A DNA stretch of 64,000 nt, taken from NCBI RefSeq assembly GCF_030028105.1, contig NC_092380.1, positions 70,615,717 through 70,679,716 on the forward strand, written 5' to 3'. A program made the translations under genes and the position numbers. Each line of letters opens with the position of its first letter. The stretch's first letter is position 1. Shown here in pieces: positions 1-11,785 of this stretch. The stretch comes from Mobula birostris. Lineage: Eukaryota. Below the pieces are notes generated by a model that was not told the DNA's origin, made no database searches, and worked only from the letters and a program-made list of their open reading frames with translations.

Positions 1-1333
1 GTTGTCTCAGCTAATTATGCCTCTGCAATGTTGGTCCATCTGTTTTTACCGTCTTATACCAATCACATACAACCTCAATGCTATTACAAATGTAATTCCC
101 ACAGGAGTTATCTTTTCTCCAGTATAAGTTCTAAGTTGGATATCTGCAGGCTTCAGTTTACTACCTTTGAAATGCCTCTCAAACTCGCTTTGTGGAATGA
201 CTGAGACAGCCGAACCAGTGTCTACTACCATTTTAATTAATTTGCTGTTCGCTTCTGGCACAGCCATATTGCCTGTCTATTGTTAATTTTTATTCAGTAT
301 ATCTTAAGGCTATACAGTCTTGTGTCACTCATATCATAATCAGAATTTTCCTCAATGATGTGCAGATTAGTGATCTCTTTGAAACTGCAACTTGACTTTT
401 TAATCTTTTTTCTTCTCCGCGCAGCCCATTTATTTTTGTTTGCCCAACAAGCTCGTTGTAATGACCTGCTGTGTTGCGTTCTCTGCAAGTTTCACCTTTA
501 AATCTGTACTTGTTTGATGTATGTGAGCCCCTGCCACAACGGTAAGACAATTTGTTTAGCCAAGCTGGTTTCTGTCTAGATGCTGCAGTTTTGTTCACGC
601 TCATTTTCATTCGTGACTACAACCCAATTGCATCTGTCTGCAGTTTCCATTCAAACAGCAATTTCAACTGCTCTTTTAAATATAAGTTATGCTTCAGTCA
701 GGAGCCATTTTTGAAATCTTTCTTTCAAAATTCCACAAACTAAATGATCTCTCAGTGCTTTGTTAAGGCTATTACCAAACTGACGATTATAAGACAAACA
801 CTTCCGTTCAGCTGCATATACTAAAATAGACTCCCCTTCTTTTTGATTTCACTTATGAAACCTAAAGCTTTCTGTAATGAACAATGGCTTCAGTTCTAAG
901 TGTCCCTGCATTACTTTGACAATATCAGCAAAGCTAATTTCAGATTAGTTGGAGCAGTTAAACTTTGAAGCAAACTGTATGCCTTTAAACCCAATCCACT
1001 CAACAAATTTAGCACTCATCTCATTGACTAATTCATTTGCTTCAAGATACTGTTCCAATAGCTCAGCACACATCAGCAACTGTGGAATCAAACTTGTCAA
1101 ACTTTGCAATGTAGTCAGCCATTTCTGATTTTTGAAAATGACTTTATCACCTGATACTCACTGTTTACAACCCTGTATTCTTCTGTTTACAGCCTTTATT
1201 TTTATCTCGACATCTCTGCACATGCTGGGCTCTTTTTTCTCCCCCACTGTTTTTTTCTAGTTTTTAATGTCTCGCTGCATTTTAACAGGTTAGCAGCTAT
1301 CTTGGGTTCATTTTAAAAATACCTCATTGCTAA
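1..1333 (-). mobile_element. Degenerate Gypsy (Mag/K02A2.6-like) gag-protease fragment, running off the window start
   Basis: ORF 46..267 has the aspartic protease motif MVVDTGSAVSVI. A zinc-knuckle remnant (YRCGRGSH) is in ORF 329..610. Many stops and frameshifts. A PBS-like TAGCAATGAGG (CpG-decayed TGGCGACGAGG) lies at 1322-1332. Confidence 0.85.
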
Positions 1334-1580
1334 TGTTATGTTTTGTAACTTCAGAATATTAAATTAATTGAAAGGAAGACTTGGGAGTCTGAAATGTGAG
1401 TCTAACTATGGGTTTACTTTAGGTGAGGGCTGCACATATCACATGGTAGCATGATGATGTATGCATTTCACATATTTTACATATAACCTGTAACAAATTA
1501 CTCAAGCAAACAAAAAAGGTTAATCAACCGATATATATACATGATTACTCAAATATTATTGAAATTTTAAATACACAACA
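1334..1580 (-). repeat. 5' LTR of the Gypsy fragment
   Basis: TGT...ACA termini, 247 bp, directly followed on the minus strand by the PBS-like motif and gag. Confidence 0.65.
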
Positions 1581-2139
1581 GAGGGCTACTTGAGAAAGCA
1601 GAAGAAATGAGTGAGGTAGTAATTATGTATTCTCTAGCTGTCTATATGTAACTGTAAAGGAGAACTGGTGCTGATATTGGATAGGAAGTAGCACTGAAAG
1701 TAGTGTTCCCTGTTGAGGTGGTAAATTTAAAGTTGATACCACTCAAAACTGATTTGCTCATTTGGCTACAGAATTTGTGGGGCTGATACCATTAAATTTA
1801 TCTTGAAATCCAGAACATTGCTGACAGAGATGCCATTTCTGTATAAATAAAGGACCGTTAGAACTTTTGCTTGATCCTTGTTTTGATGCAACTTAGAACA
1901 TTCCTAAGAAAAAAAATCCTGGACGTAAATCCTGAACTGCAAAAAGATTGTCAATAGTTTAGGTAGAAGACATTTTGAAGTGAGTGCACATGTTTGAAAA
2001 ACGGGCTCTTATAATTCCCAAAGTTTAGAACTCTGCTGTCTACTGTGCGAAGAAATTGATTTTATTTCTATTTTTTGTTATCTTTAGACAAGATAAAATA
2101 AACATATAAAGGGAAAGATACGGGACTGAAGATAGTATG

Positions 2140-2480
2140 TGTTCAAAGAAAATTTATTATCAAGTTACATATATGTCGCCATTACAGAATCAATGAAAGA
2201 CCATTCCCAACAGGATGGACAACCATGTGCAAAAGACAACAAACTGTGCAAATTCAAAAGAAAAAAGTAATAATAATAATAATGTATAAATACTGTGAGC
2301 AATAAATATCGAGGACATGATGTGAAGAGTTTCATAGCTACAGTTGATGGGGCAAGTGAAGTTGAGTGAAGTTATCCTCTCTGGTTCAAGAGCCTGATGG
2401 ATGAGGGGTAATAACTGTTCCTCAGCCTTGGTGGTAAGTCCTGAGGCTCCTGCACCTTCTTCCTGATGGCAGCATTAGAC
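2140..2480 (-). mobile_element. 3' fragment of a Rex1/Babar-type LINE
   Basis: C-terminal motif PRLRNSYYPSSIRLLN in ORF 2372..2755. The TTCAAAG..TTTATTATCAA tail is shared with copies at about 46750 and 54460. Confidence 0.65.
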
Positions 2481-2931
2481 AAAGAAATGATAGCAACTGT
2501 GCTGCCATGTACTGTGCTAATGCAGACTGGGGTAGATAGAGCTGAAATGAACAGAGGTATGTGTTTTAAGTGTGCAATGAAAATAAGAAATGGGTGAAAA
2601 TGACAACTTCCAGCATAAGCTACGGAGAAGGGGCTGAGGTGTGTCTGTGGAACAAGATGGCAGAGGAGGTGTTGGAAGCAGATACAATCACGTTGTCTAA
2701 AAAGAATTTGGAAGATACATGGATAAGAAAGGAACAGAAAAAAATATGGGCCCAATGCTGGAAAAAGGTATTAATGTAAATAGGCCTCTACGTTGGTCTG
2801 GGCACATCGTTCTGTGCTGCAAAACTTTGTAACTCTAAGAGTCTTCAGTTCCCACCCTATAGGTACAACTGGCGTGGGTTAAAGGGCCGGTTTCTGTGTT
2901 GTTTGACTCTAATGGTGCTATGTCTCTATGC

Positions 2932-3281
2932 CAGTGGTCCCCAACCTCCGGGCCGTGGACTGATACACCGCCGCGAAGAATGCAGTGGTGCAGCGGTAGT
3001 CAGAACGCACCCAGCACATCATTAAGAAAAAAGCCCAAATAAGCAAGCTAATTAATTAGGTGCCGCTCGGCACATAAATGTCGGCCGAGAGTAGAGGCGA
3101 TTGCCGATTGTGTTGCCTCTGATCTGGGTCGACATTTACTTGCCGGGTGGCACCTAATTAATTAGCTTGCTAATTTTGGCTTTTTCCTTAAAGATGTGCT
3201 GGGTGCGTTCCGACTACCACTATACCACTGCATTCTTCACAGCAATGTATCGGTCCACGGCCCGGAAGTTGGGGACCACTG
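2932..3281. mobile_element. Palindromic hAT-type MITE (350 bp)
   Basis: Ends CAGTGGTCCCCAAC / GTTGGGGACCACTG. The two halves are reverse-complementary along most of their length. Perfect 8-bp TSD CTCTATGC at 2924-2931 and 3282-3289. Confidence 0.93.
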
Positions 3282-3633
3282 CTCTATGCTGGGAAAGGGG
3301 ATAAATTGTCCCTGTGTTATATCAAATCAGAGATATAAAGTTTCAAAATATTTTATTATCATACTTAGCAAGAGGGAGTGCCAAAATATGCCAATCAATC
3401 CTTGATCTCCTTCAGGAAATAAAGAAAATCCCAAAAATTTGTACTAGCGACATCTTCTCTTGCTCTTCATAAACTTAAGATCATTTTCTTGATTAATGTG
3501 ATAAATATGATTCATTCCCAATCAGGAAGACTCTAAAGTTATATATCATTTCAAAAGCAATGACTAATTGTTTGGATAAGGATTTGTCTTTGAATTAGAA
3601 CTGAGGCATTCTCCTTCAAAGCAGAAGTTAATT

Positions 3634-3653
3634 TTACTTGACTGATGAATCAC
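3634..3653 (-). CDS. Probable last coding exon of the B7-H6-like gene (G-DSSVK-stop)
   Basis: Strong acceptor TTTTCCTTTCTCTTCTATATCCTAG. Phase 1 matches the TM exon donor. TAA at 3636-3634 and a minus-strand AATAAA at 3357-3352. Too short to confirm by homology. Confidence 0.5.
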
Positions 3654-4689
3654 CTAGGATATAGAAGAGAAAGGAAAATTAAGATGCATTGTTAACCTGG
3701 TTTGCCTTCTCATGCAGTTTGCTTAGGAAATAATTCTACTTTACTGACAGACAATGTATTAGCCAAAAATGTTTGGCTTTCCACGTCATTACATGAAGTG
3801 ACTGTAAATGACAAAAATGAAATATTATATATTTTATAATGTAATGAATTATGTTTAATATATCTTACATAACCTATAGAAAATTAAACTTAGTATATCC
3901 TGTCATCACTCTATGCAAAATATTATTTGTATCGATAGTACCTAATAAGATGTCAGTGTTAACTATAACGCATTAATATTTTCAGAATACATTCCATTTA
4001 ACATGACAACCTGTAAAATTAAGAAACTAAGACATGTTTTCCACCTGTATGCAGGCAAGGTTTGTTTCTTTGTGCTGGGATTCACAAGAGGTAAACTGAG
4101 TGCAAATTGTTGCCAGTATTGAAGTCATTGGTGCTGACGGTAAAACTGGCTTTGTTTTAAAAGGGACCTGTTACAGGGAATCCTTGGTGCTCATTTCATA
4201 CGGATGAAAAACCCTTGGTAATTAGTTCAATAATACAAAACTGCAGTCTGGGATAATAGTAAATCATGTCCATGGAAGGTGGAAAAGCAAAAGCAAAAGC
4301 TGAAGGGAAATCTTAAGCTAATTCCGCAGACCCCTATGAATGAAGACTCCAGGGTGAGTTAATTTAACCTGATGCACTGCTGCACTGAGTAATGTCTCTG
4401 TGAAGCTGTGAGCCTTTCCTCTCACCACAACTACCATTACCTAACACTGTGTCATTGGGAAGCTTCATCAGGAGATCTGTTGGGAATCACAGAGCACTGC
4501 TGATGAAGTTAGCTGTGATCCACAAAATGATAGTTTATTTTCCTGTCAATTTGTAAACAAATGCATGAGGTGCATCCTTGGCTGTATTTTTGCCCTGCTT
4601 ACCTCTGGCTGCCCTTCTCTAATTGCTTCCTTTCTCTTGATATTTCATCATTTCTATCATTGCACTGACAATCAAAATGTGGCGCACCT

Positions 4690-5340
4690 CAAGATTGCGT
4701 GCTTAGCCCACTTCTCTACTCTCTCTGCACCCACGACTGTGGTCAGGCACAGCTCAAACACCATCTATAAATTTGCCAATGACAACTACTGTTGGCAGAA
4801 TCTCAGATGGTGATGAGGAGATGTACAAGAGTGAGGTAGATCAGCTGATTGAGGGGTGTCACAACAACAACCTTGCATTCAACGTCAGTAATTTGTGGAT
4901 ATATTTCATTAGGAGTTTGAGGAGATTTGCTATGTCACCAAAGACTAGCAATTTTCTAAGATATACTGTGGAGAGCATTCTAACAAATTATATCACCATC
5001 AGGTACGGACAAGCACCTGCAGAAAAAGCCACAGAAAATTGCAAACTCAGACACCTCCATCATGGGTACTAGCCTCTCCAGCATTGAGAACGTCTTCAAA
5101 AGGCGATGCCTCAAAATGCTACATCCATCATGAAGGACCTCCATCACCGAGCACATGCAAGTATTACTTGATCCTCATTGCTACTGTCAAGGCGGGGGGG
5201 GGGTGGGTACAGGAGCCTGAAGATGCAAACAGTGTTTTAGGAACAGCTTCTATCCTTTTGCCATCAGATTTCTGAATGAACAATGAACTCATTTATACTA
5301 CCTCACTATTTTTTTCACTCTTTTTTTTTACACTACTTAT
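4690..5340 (+). mobile_element. Degenerate Rex1/Babar-type LINE RT 3' fragment
   Basis: HSSNTIYKFAND..., EMYKSEVDQL..CHNNNLAFNVS and RYTVESILT motifs, with multiple frameshifts. Confidence 0.7.
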
Positions 5341-7215
5341 TTACAGTGCCTATAAAAAGTATTCACCAACCACCACCCCCCCGGAAGTTTTCATATTTAT
5401 TGTTTTACAACTTTGAATCACAGTGGACTTAATCTGGCTTTTCTGACACAGAAAAAGACCCTTTTGTGTCAAAGTGGATGTTTATGCATTCAATTATTTT
5501 GTGTTTTAGGTGAAAACAAAGTGATCTAAATTAATTATAAGTATAAAACACAAAATAATTGATTGCATAAATATTCACTCCATTTGATATGACACACGTA
5601 ATCATCACTGGTGCAGCCAATTTGTTTAAGAAGCCACATTATTAGTTAAATGGAGATTACCGTGTGTAGTCAAGGTGTTTCAATTGATTGTAGTAAAAAT
5701 ACACCAATATCTGGAAGGTCCAACTACTGGTGAGTTAGTATGCTGGCAAAAAAACGCCCCATGAAAACAAAAGAACATCTCAAGCAACACCATGGAAAGG
5801 TTATTGAAAAGCACAAGTCAGGAGATGGTTACAAGAAAATTTCTCATCAAGAAATGGTAAGAATTTGGCACAGCTATAAATCAGCCTAGAGCAGGCTGTC
5901 CTCAAAACTGAGTGACCATGCAAGAAGGGGTTGAGTGAGGAACGCCATCAAGAGACCTATGACAACTTTGAAGGAGTTACAAGCTTCAGTGGCTGAGATG
6001 GGAGAGACTGTGCATACAACAACTGTTGCCCGGATGCTTCACCAGTCGCAGCTTTATGGAAGAGAGCCAAAGAAAAAGCCACTGTTGAAAAAAACACATG
6101 AAATCTCAGCTAGACTTTGCCAGAAGGCACGTGGGAGACTCTGAAGTCAGCTGGAAGGAGGTTCTATGGTCTGATGAAAACAAAATTGAGCTTTCTGGCC
6201 ATTAGACTAAATGCTACATTTGGCATAAGCCAAACACTGCACTTCATTAATGTAGCCCCCCTGGCCACCCTCAGGGTCGCTCGGCTCGCTGTCGTCTAGG
6301 GAAACAGCCTCGGCCCCGCCAAACTGGGTAATTCGTTTGTGTGGATGCTGTGTGAGGTACCCCACCCCGCCCAAATAACAGACAATACACCAGATGCAAT
6401 TAAATGATTTACAGTTTATAGATATTACTGGAACTATGTAATTAAAAGAGAATAAAATATAAAAGGAAAATAAAAGGCGCCACACTTATCACAGTTCAAT
6501 CTCTTCGTGCACAAAAACCGTTGGAGCTCAAGGACCTTCTTCGTCACCCTGTGACCCCTCGGACCACCTCGACCAGCCGCCTGGGACCAACAACGGTGGT
6601 CGACCAGACGCTCCACACGAGTCCGTCTCCGTCTCCTCGCTGAACGTCCCGCTCGGGGTCTGACCCCGTTAGCGGACTCACAGCACCTGGTCCATCCTCT
6701 GTCTCGCTCTCCCGCCTTCTGCCCCCAAACCCCCTCGCATACAGTATCTTCAAATACACCAAAACCATAACAACTATCCCAATTGGTTAATAGCACCCTC
6801 TTATCACCCTCTAAACCACAATAAGCTGCTAGCGCAAACTTTCTCAGCGTTAAAGCACAACAAAGCCGCATTCCCCAGATTAACATAGCAAAAACGCCAT
6901 TTTAATTAGCCTCCGCAGTAACATAAAAATCGAAACCCCCTTACACTCTCCCCCCACCAAATAAAGTCATGTCCTCATGACTTCTAAATAACTCGCCACC
7001 CAGTCCTACAGACACACAACACACACATACACAGATACACACAGTGACAGTGCTCCCCAAACAGTGGACCTTACTCCCGTCCCACGGGCGCTAAATAGGC
7101 CAACCTATCTGGGAGCTTCTTAACCCTCTGAGACCTCTGTACCCCCTCACCTAAACCCACAAGGCTCAGACACTACTAGGGATACCTCGGGCCTGCTTGC
7201 CAACTCCTCTCTCAC

Positions 7216-8931
7216 TCAGGCCACCACTACAGCTCGGAGCCCCCTGTCCCGTGGCCGGGGCCCCGCCTCTCCTCCTTCCTGATCCTGCCGTAACTCAGAC
7301 TGCCCACAGCTAGCCCTCCCCACTACACCTGACTCAGTGGGAGAAGGGCCAAAGGTCTCTTCCTCAATCACGGGGAAATTAGCGAAAGGCAGCATGTACC
7401 ACATGTGCAGCACATCATCCTCCGAATCCGTATTCTTCCTCATTCCTTCGATCGGTAGCTGCTGTTTGAGTTTCTCCAAACTGAAACATTTAGCTGGGGC
7501 TACCCCTTCAGCCTCCTGCAGTCGAGACGTCAGCTTCTTCGGGGACTCCTTCAACTCTCGCCACAGCCTCAGCAGTTCTGACTCAGGGTTCCTGGCCATC
7601 TCAATCTGGGACGCAGTTACCCCACCAGCTTCTTCCACCCTGACTTGAAAAGCAGCAGTTAAAGAATGTTCAGCCTCCGGTTGTTTCTTCCTGAGGACGT
7701 CTTCCAGGTCAACTTTCAGTTTTTCCACTTCATTTAAACTCACGATTGTCACCTTCAGGTTCCTTTCAAGCGTCCGCCTCCCTTTTCCGAGATCGGTCCT
7801 CCATTTCTTTACCTCCTCGGGAGTGTAGTCAAACACCCCTCCCTGGGCTCTCGGTTTTCTGTTGACCTTAGTCAGAACACTTCCTCGATCTTCCCCAACT
7901 TGTAAATCTTCCAATCTGTTCTGAATGGACGTCTTGAGTTTCTGCTGATACCTTCGAAGGTGGGTCATTGTTTCTTCTCGCTGGATTAATTCGTCAGTAT
8001 ATGACCGCAGTGCGGTGCAAATCCCCTCTCTTCCCTGTGTCTCATTCAGATTGACGACCTGGGTTTCCATCCCCCGGTCCACCACTGTCTGTCCCAACAC
8101 CAGGAAGTTCAACTGGTATGTCGGGTCATTTTCCTCACATTTCACCAAACTCCTCCGGCCAAAAACTCCTCCACATTTGACACTTCGCTTCGGTCGCCCG
8201 GGCTCAGCCACTCGCCTCGCCTCATAGTCCCCCAAGGCGAATCCAAGCTCTAGGCGGTCATCCACATACGTCAAAACTCCACACACCTTCACTTCCCCCA
8301 CGGTTTTCCTCATGCCCCGCGGGAAGGATGCAGGGGCTCCGGATATGCCCTTGGGCATCTTTTCGGATCGGAAGAATCCTAGGGAACTAATAAAGGCCAT
8401 CTTCGGCTCAACAGCCGCACTCCTCAGGATCTGGCAACATCCACCCCTCAGATGCAGCACATTAAACCACGTCGCATCATCCACACACACGCTGTCTTCA
8501 TCTTCCACGCCGCCAGGGTCCAGTTGCCGCGACCTCTCTCTCACTGAGGTGTCTTCAGCGGTCAACTCCCCTCCCTCATGGTGGTTCGGAGCATCTACTA
8601 AGAGGGTCTCACCCTCAGCTACTTTCCCCAAGCCGTACCACCGCTGGGTCTCGTTTAAATTCGGTACCGGCTCAAGGCTGCTACACACGTCCTCAGAAGC
8701 AACTCGACACGCTGGGTGCCCAGACAATGCCCCCATGAACTCCAGGGTCATTAACCAATCATCGTCTTCTGGATAACTACTACCACTAGTACCCAAAGTC
8801 TCCGGTGCCCTTGCGGTTGTCAAGGGTAAATGCTTCAGACACTGGTTGTAAAACGAACTGTCCAACAACTTGATCTGTGCGCCGGGGTGGAGGATAGCAT
8901 TAGCATCGCTTCCCTCTATCCATAGCGACAC
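7216..8931 (-). CDS. 571-aa open Pol remnant: protease-like N-terminus fused in frame to an integrase C-terminal tail
   Basis: ANAILHPGAQIKLL resembles the AILDTGAQV protease site with the catalytic Asp lost. LQVGEDRGSVL...GRRTLERNLK resembles the Gypsy integrase tail. No YxDD RT context or DDE core recognisable. Confidence 0.6.
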   Translation of the reverse strand: MSLWIEGSDANAILHPGAQIKLLDSSFYNQCLKHLPLTTARAPETLGTSGSSYPEDDDWLMTLEFMGALSGHPACRVASEDVCSSLEPVPNLNETQRWYGLGKVAEGETLLVDAPNHHEGGELTAEDTSVRERSRQLDPGGVEDEDSVCVDDATWFNVLHLRGGCCQILRSAAVEPKMAFISSLGFFRSEKMPKGISGAPASFPRGMRKTVGEVKVCGVLTYVDDRLELGFALGDYEARRVAEPGRPKRSVKCGGVFGRRSLVKCEENDPTYQLNFLVLGQTVVDRGMETQVVNLNETQGREGICTALRSYTDELIQREETMTHLRRYQQKLKTSIQNRLEDLQVGEDRGSVLTKVNRKPRAQGGVFDYTPEEVKKWRTDLGKGRRTLERNLKVTIVSLNEVEKLKVDLEDVLRKKQPEAEHSLTAAFQVRVEEAGGVTASQIEMARNPESELLRLWRELKESPKKLTSRLQEAEGVAPAKCFSLEKLKQQLPIEGMRKNTDSEDDVLHMWYMLPFANFPVIEEETFGPSPTESGVVGRASCGQSELRQDQEGGEAGPRPRDRGLRAVVVA

Positions 8932-9116
8932 CCTGGGGCGTGGCCCCTCTAAGCCTTCAGGAATAGGGTCTTTTCCTTGCGGAAGTTCAGTGGTACATTG
9001 CTAGGAACGTGTTTCCCCAGAGACCGCAGGCCGTTCCCCCACTGGGCCTCCACTAAGTTTCCCGACACCTCTCTGATCAGCTGAACAACTGACCCCCTGA
9101 AATGATCTCCCTGGCA

Positions 9117-9628
9117 CTACAAGCAATTTAGCCGCCCTCCCCGCCAGAGAAGACACACTGAAAACGTTCCCCCCTCTTTCAAATAACTGACAGCTGTCAC
9201 TACGGTGTAAGTGAACCTGACAGCTCTAACACCGTCACCAGCCCGCCTACTCAAACTTTCAACCAATCCCTGTCGCTCTCCCTCAACCGAGCACTGCCAC
9301 TCATCTAACAACTGAGAGATCCGCTCCGCCCACGTCTCACACATCTCCGCCCCTCCTGGGGTGGACACTATCCCCAGTGCCAGGCGGAGCCTGCCAGAGC
9401 TAGAACATTTATTCGCAGACTCTACCTCCAAATCAGACCACTCTTTCCTCTCTCTCCCAACTGCATGGACAGCCCCGAGTGCCACCTCTAACTCGTCAAT
9501 GCTAGTCTGAACTCGAACGAAGACCGCACCCACAACGCATACAGCAATCAACAGCAAATAACCCACAGAGACACACATTACAGATTTAATCAGGGCACCA
9601 CACAGCATACCAACAGACTCAAGCATCC
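9117..9628 (-). CDS. Shortened PNMA-like Gag ORF
   Basis: [46 protein letters not shown] resembles the PNMA-type Gypsy Gag capsid segment (recognised from memory). The frame is open from the PBS region to 9117. Confidence 0.65.
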
Positions 9629-11785
9629 CGGACAAAGCCCCCACAATGTAGCCCCCCTGGCCACCCTCAGGGTCGCTCGGCTCGCTGTCGTCTAGGGAAA
9701 CAGCCTCGGCCCCGCCAAACTGGGTAATTCGTTTGTGTGGATGCTGTGTGAGGTACCCCACCCCGCCCAAATAACAGACAATACACCAGATACAATTAAA
9801 TGATTTACAGTGTATAGATATTACTGGAACTATATAATTAAAAGAGAATAAAATATGAAAGGAAAATAAAAGGCGCCACACTTATCAAAGTTCAATCTCT
9901 TCGTGCACAAAAACCGTTGGAGCTCAAGGACCTTCTTCTTCACCCTGTGACCCCTCGGACCACCTCGACCGGCCGCCTGGGACCAACAACGGTGGTCGAC
10001 CAGACGCTCCACACGAGTCCGTCTCCGTCTCCTCGCTGAACGTCCCGCTCGGGGTCCGACCCCGTTAGCGGACTCACAGCACCTGGTCCATCCTCTGTCT
10101 CGCTCTCCCGCCTTCTGCCCCAAAACCCCGCGCATACAGTATCTTCAAATACACCAAAACCATAACAACTATCCCAATTGGTTAATAGCACCCTCTTATC
10201 ACCCTCTAAACCACAATAAGCTGCTAGCGCAAACTTTCTCAGCGTTAAAGCACAACAAAGCCGCATTCCCCAGATTAACATAGCAAAAACGCCATTTTAA
10301 TTAGCCTCCGCAGTAATATAAAAATCGAAACCCCCTTACATTAAAAACACACCATCCCTACCACGAAGCATGGTGGTGGCTGCATCATGCTGTGGGGATG
10401 CTTCACAACTGGAAGGCTTGTGAAGGTAGAGGGTAAAATGAACGCAACAAAATACAGGGAAATCCTGGAGGAAAACCAGATGAGGTCTGGAAGAATTTGG
10501 GAGAAGATTTGTTTCCAGCAAGACAACAGTCCCAAGCATAAAGCCAAAGCTACATAGGAATTGCTTAAAAACAACAAAGTTAATGTCCTGGAGTGGCAAG
10601 TCAGAGTCCAGACCTCAATCCAATTGAGAATTTGTGTCTAGACTTGAAAAGGGCTGTTCACTCACGATCCCCATGCAATCTGACAGAGCTTGAGCAGTTT
10701 TGTAAAGAAGAATGGGGAAAATTGCAGTGTCCAGATGTGCAAATCTGATAGAGACCTATCCACACAGACTCAAGGCTGCAATTGCTGCCAAAGGTGCATG
10801 TACTAAATACTGACTTGAAGGGGCTGAATACTTATACAATCAATTATTTTATGTTTTATATTTGTAATTAATTTAGATCACATTGTAGAGATCTTTTTCA
10901 TACAGTATTGACAAGTAAGAGTGCTTTTCTGTTGATCAGTGTCAAAAAAAGCCGAACTAAATCCACTATGATTCAATGTTGTAAAACAATAAAGCATGAA
11001 AATTTCCAGGGTGGGGGTGAATACTTCTTATAGGCACTGTAATTTAATTTTTATATCTATTTTCCTATTGCAATTTATAGTTTTTTTAAAATTATGTGTT
11101 GCAATGTACTGCTGCTGGAAAACAACAGATTTCATGACATATGCCAGTGATATTAAACCTGATTCTGACAATTGTCTACTCCACTACACCCTTACCCATC
11201 AACATCCAAGGATCCTGAACCATCCATTCACTCTCTGTGCCACAGGTACTCATGTTCTTCTTGTCTGTCTCACTCACTATTCTAACTTATCTGCTTGGAA
11301 TTGCCAGGATATTAGCCAATTTATGGAGAGATCAGAGACTCAGTATTCTTCTGCAAGTAGCTTATTCCTATTGCCAGAATCTTCTCCATCACTTAAAAGA
11401 CTGAGTTAAGACTGTTGTGAATAACAACACTCAACAAATTAAACACAATCTTAATACAAACCAGGCTACTGTAATTACAGTAAGTGTTATCAAAAATTGT
11501 ATTGGTACTTGCTATTTCAATGCCACCTTGTAATCACACAAACTCTAACTCGGCTCCACTCTGCTCAACTGTCCCACATTTAAAATAGCTCTTCCATCAT
11601 CATTGGGTAAAAGTCCTAAAGCACCTTATCAATAGCATTGTCATCATCACAAGAAAAGTGGCCTCTCAGAGACACAGAGTGATGGACAATGTACGTTTGA
11701 CTTCATGCCAATACCCACATTCCTAGAAGGAATAAAGAAGATAGTAGCAGATATGCTCATGTACTGTGAGAAAAAAAGACCTTAC

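Larger units (their letters stand above)
6251..10340 (-). mobile_element. Young, internally deleted Gypsy LTR retrotransposon with PNMA-like Gag
   Basis: LTRs at 6251-6945 and 9647-10340 (TG...CA, about 98% identical by eye). 4-bp TSD TTAA. tRNA-Pro-like PBS TGGGGGCTTTGTCCGGGAT at 9643-9625. PPT GGTGGGGGGAGAG next to the 3' LTR. No RT, RNase H or integrase core. Confidence 0.93.
5344..11039 (+). mobile_element. Tc1-like DNA transposon (degenerate), split by an LTR element
   Basis: TIR CAGTGCCTATAAAAAGTATTCACC with a reverse-complement match at 11016-11039, extending imperfectly about 200 bp. TA flanks both ends. Transposase remnants start at 5760 (MKTKEH...) and resume after 10340 ([18 protein letters not shown]). 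Confidence 0.92.

Noticed and set aside
6207-6886. Hydrophobic ORFs duplicated at about 9.8-10.3 kb
   Set aside because: They are LTR sequence read in frame, not host genes.
11723-11785. Alternative acceptor 63 bp after the TM donor (would add GMWVLA-stop)
   Set aside because: The intron would be very short, and the downstream sequence (GGAATGTGGG) looks like a SINE remnant.
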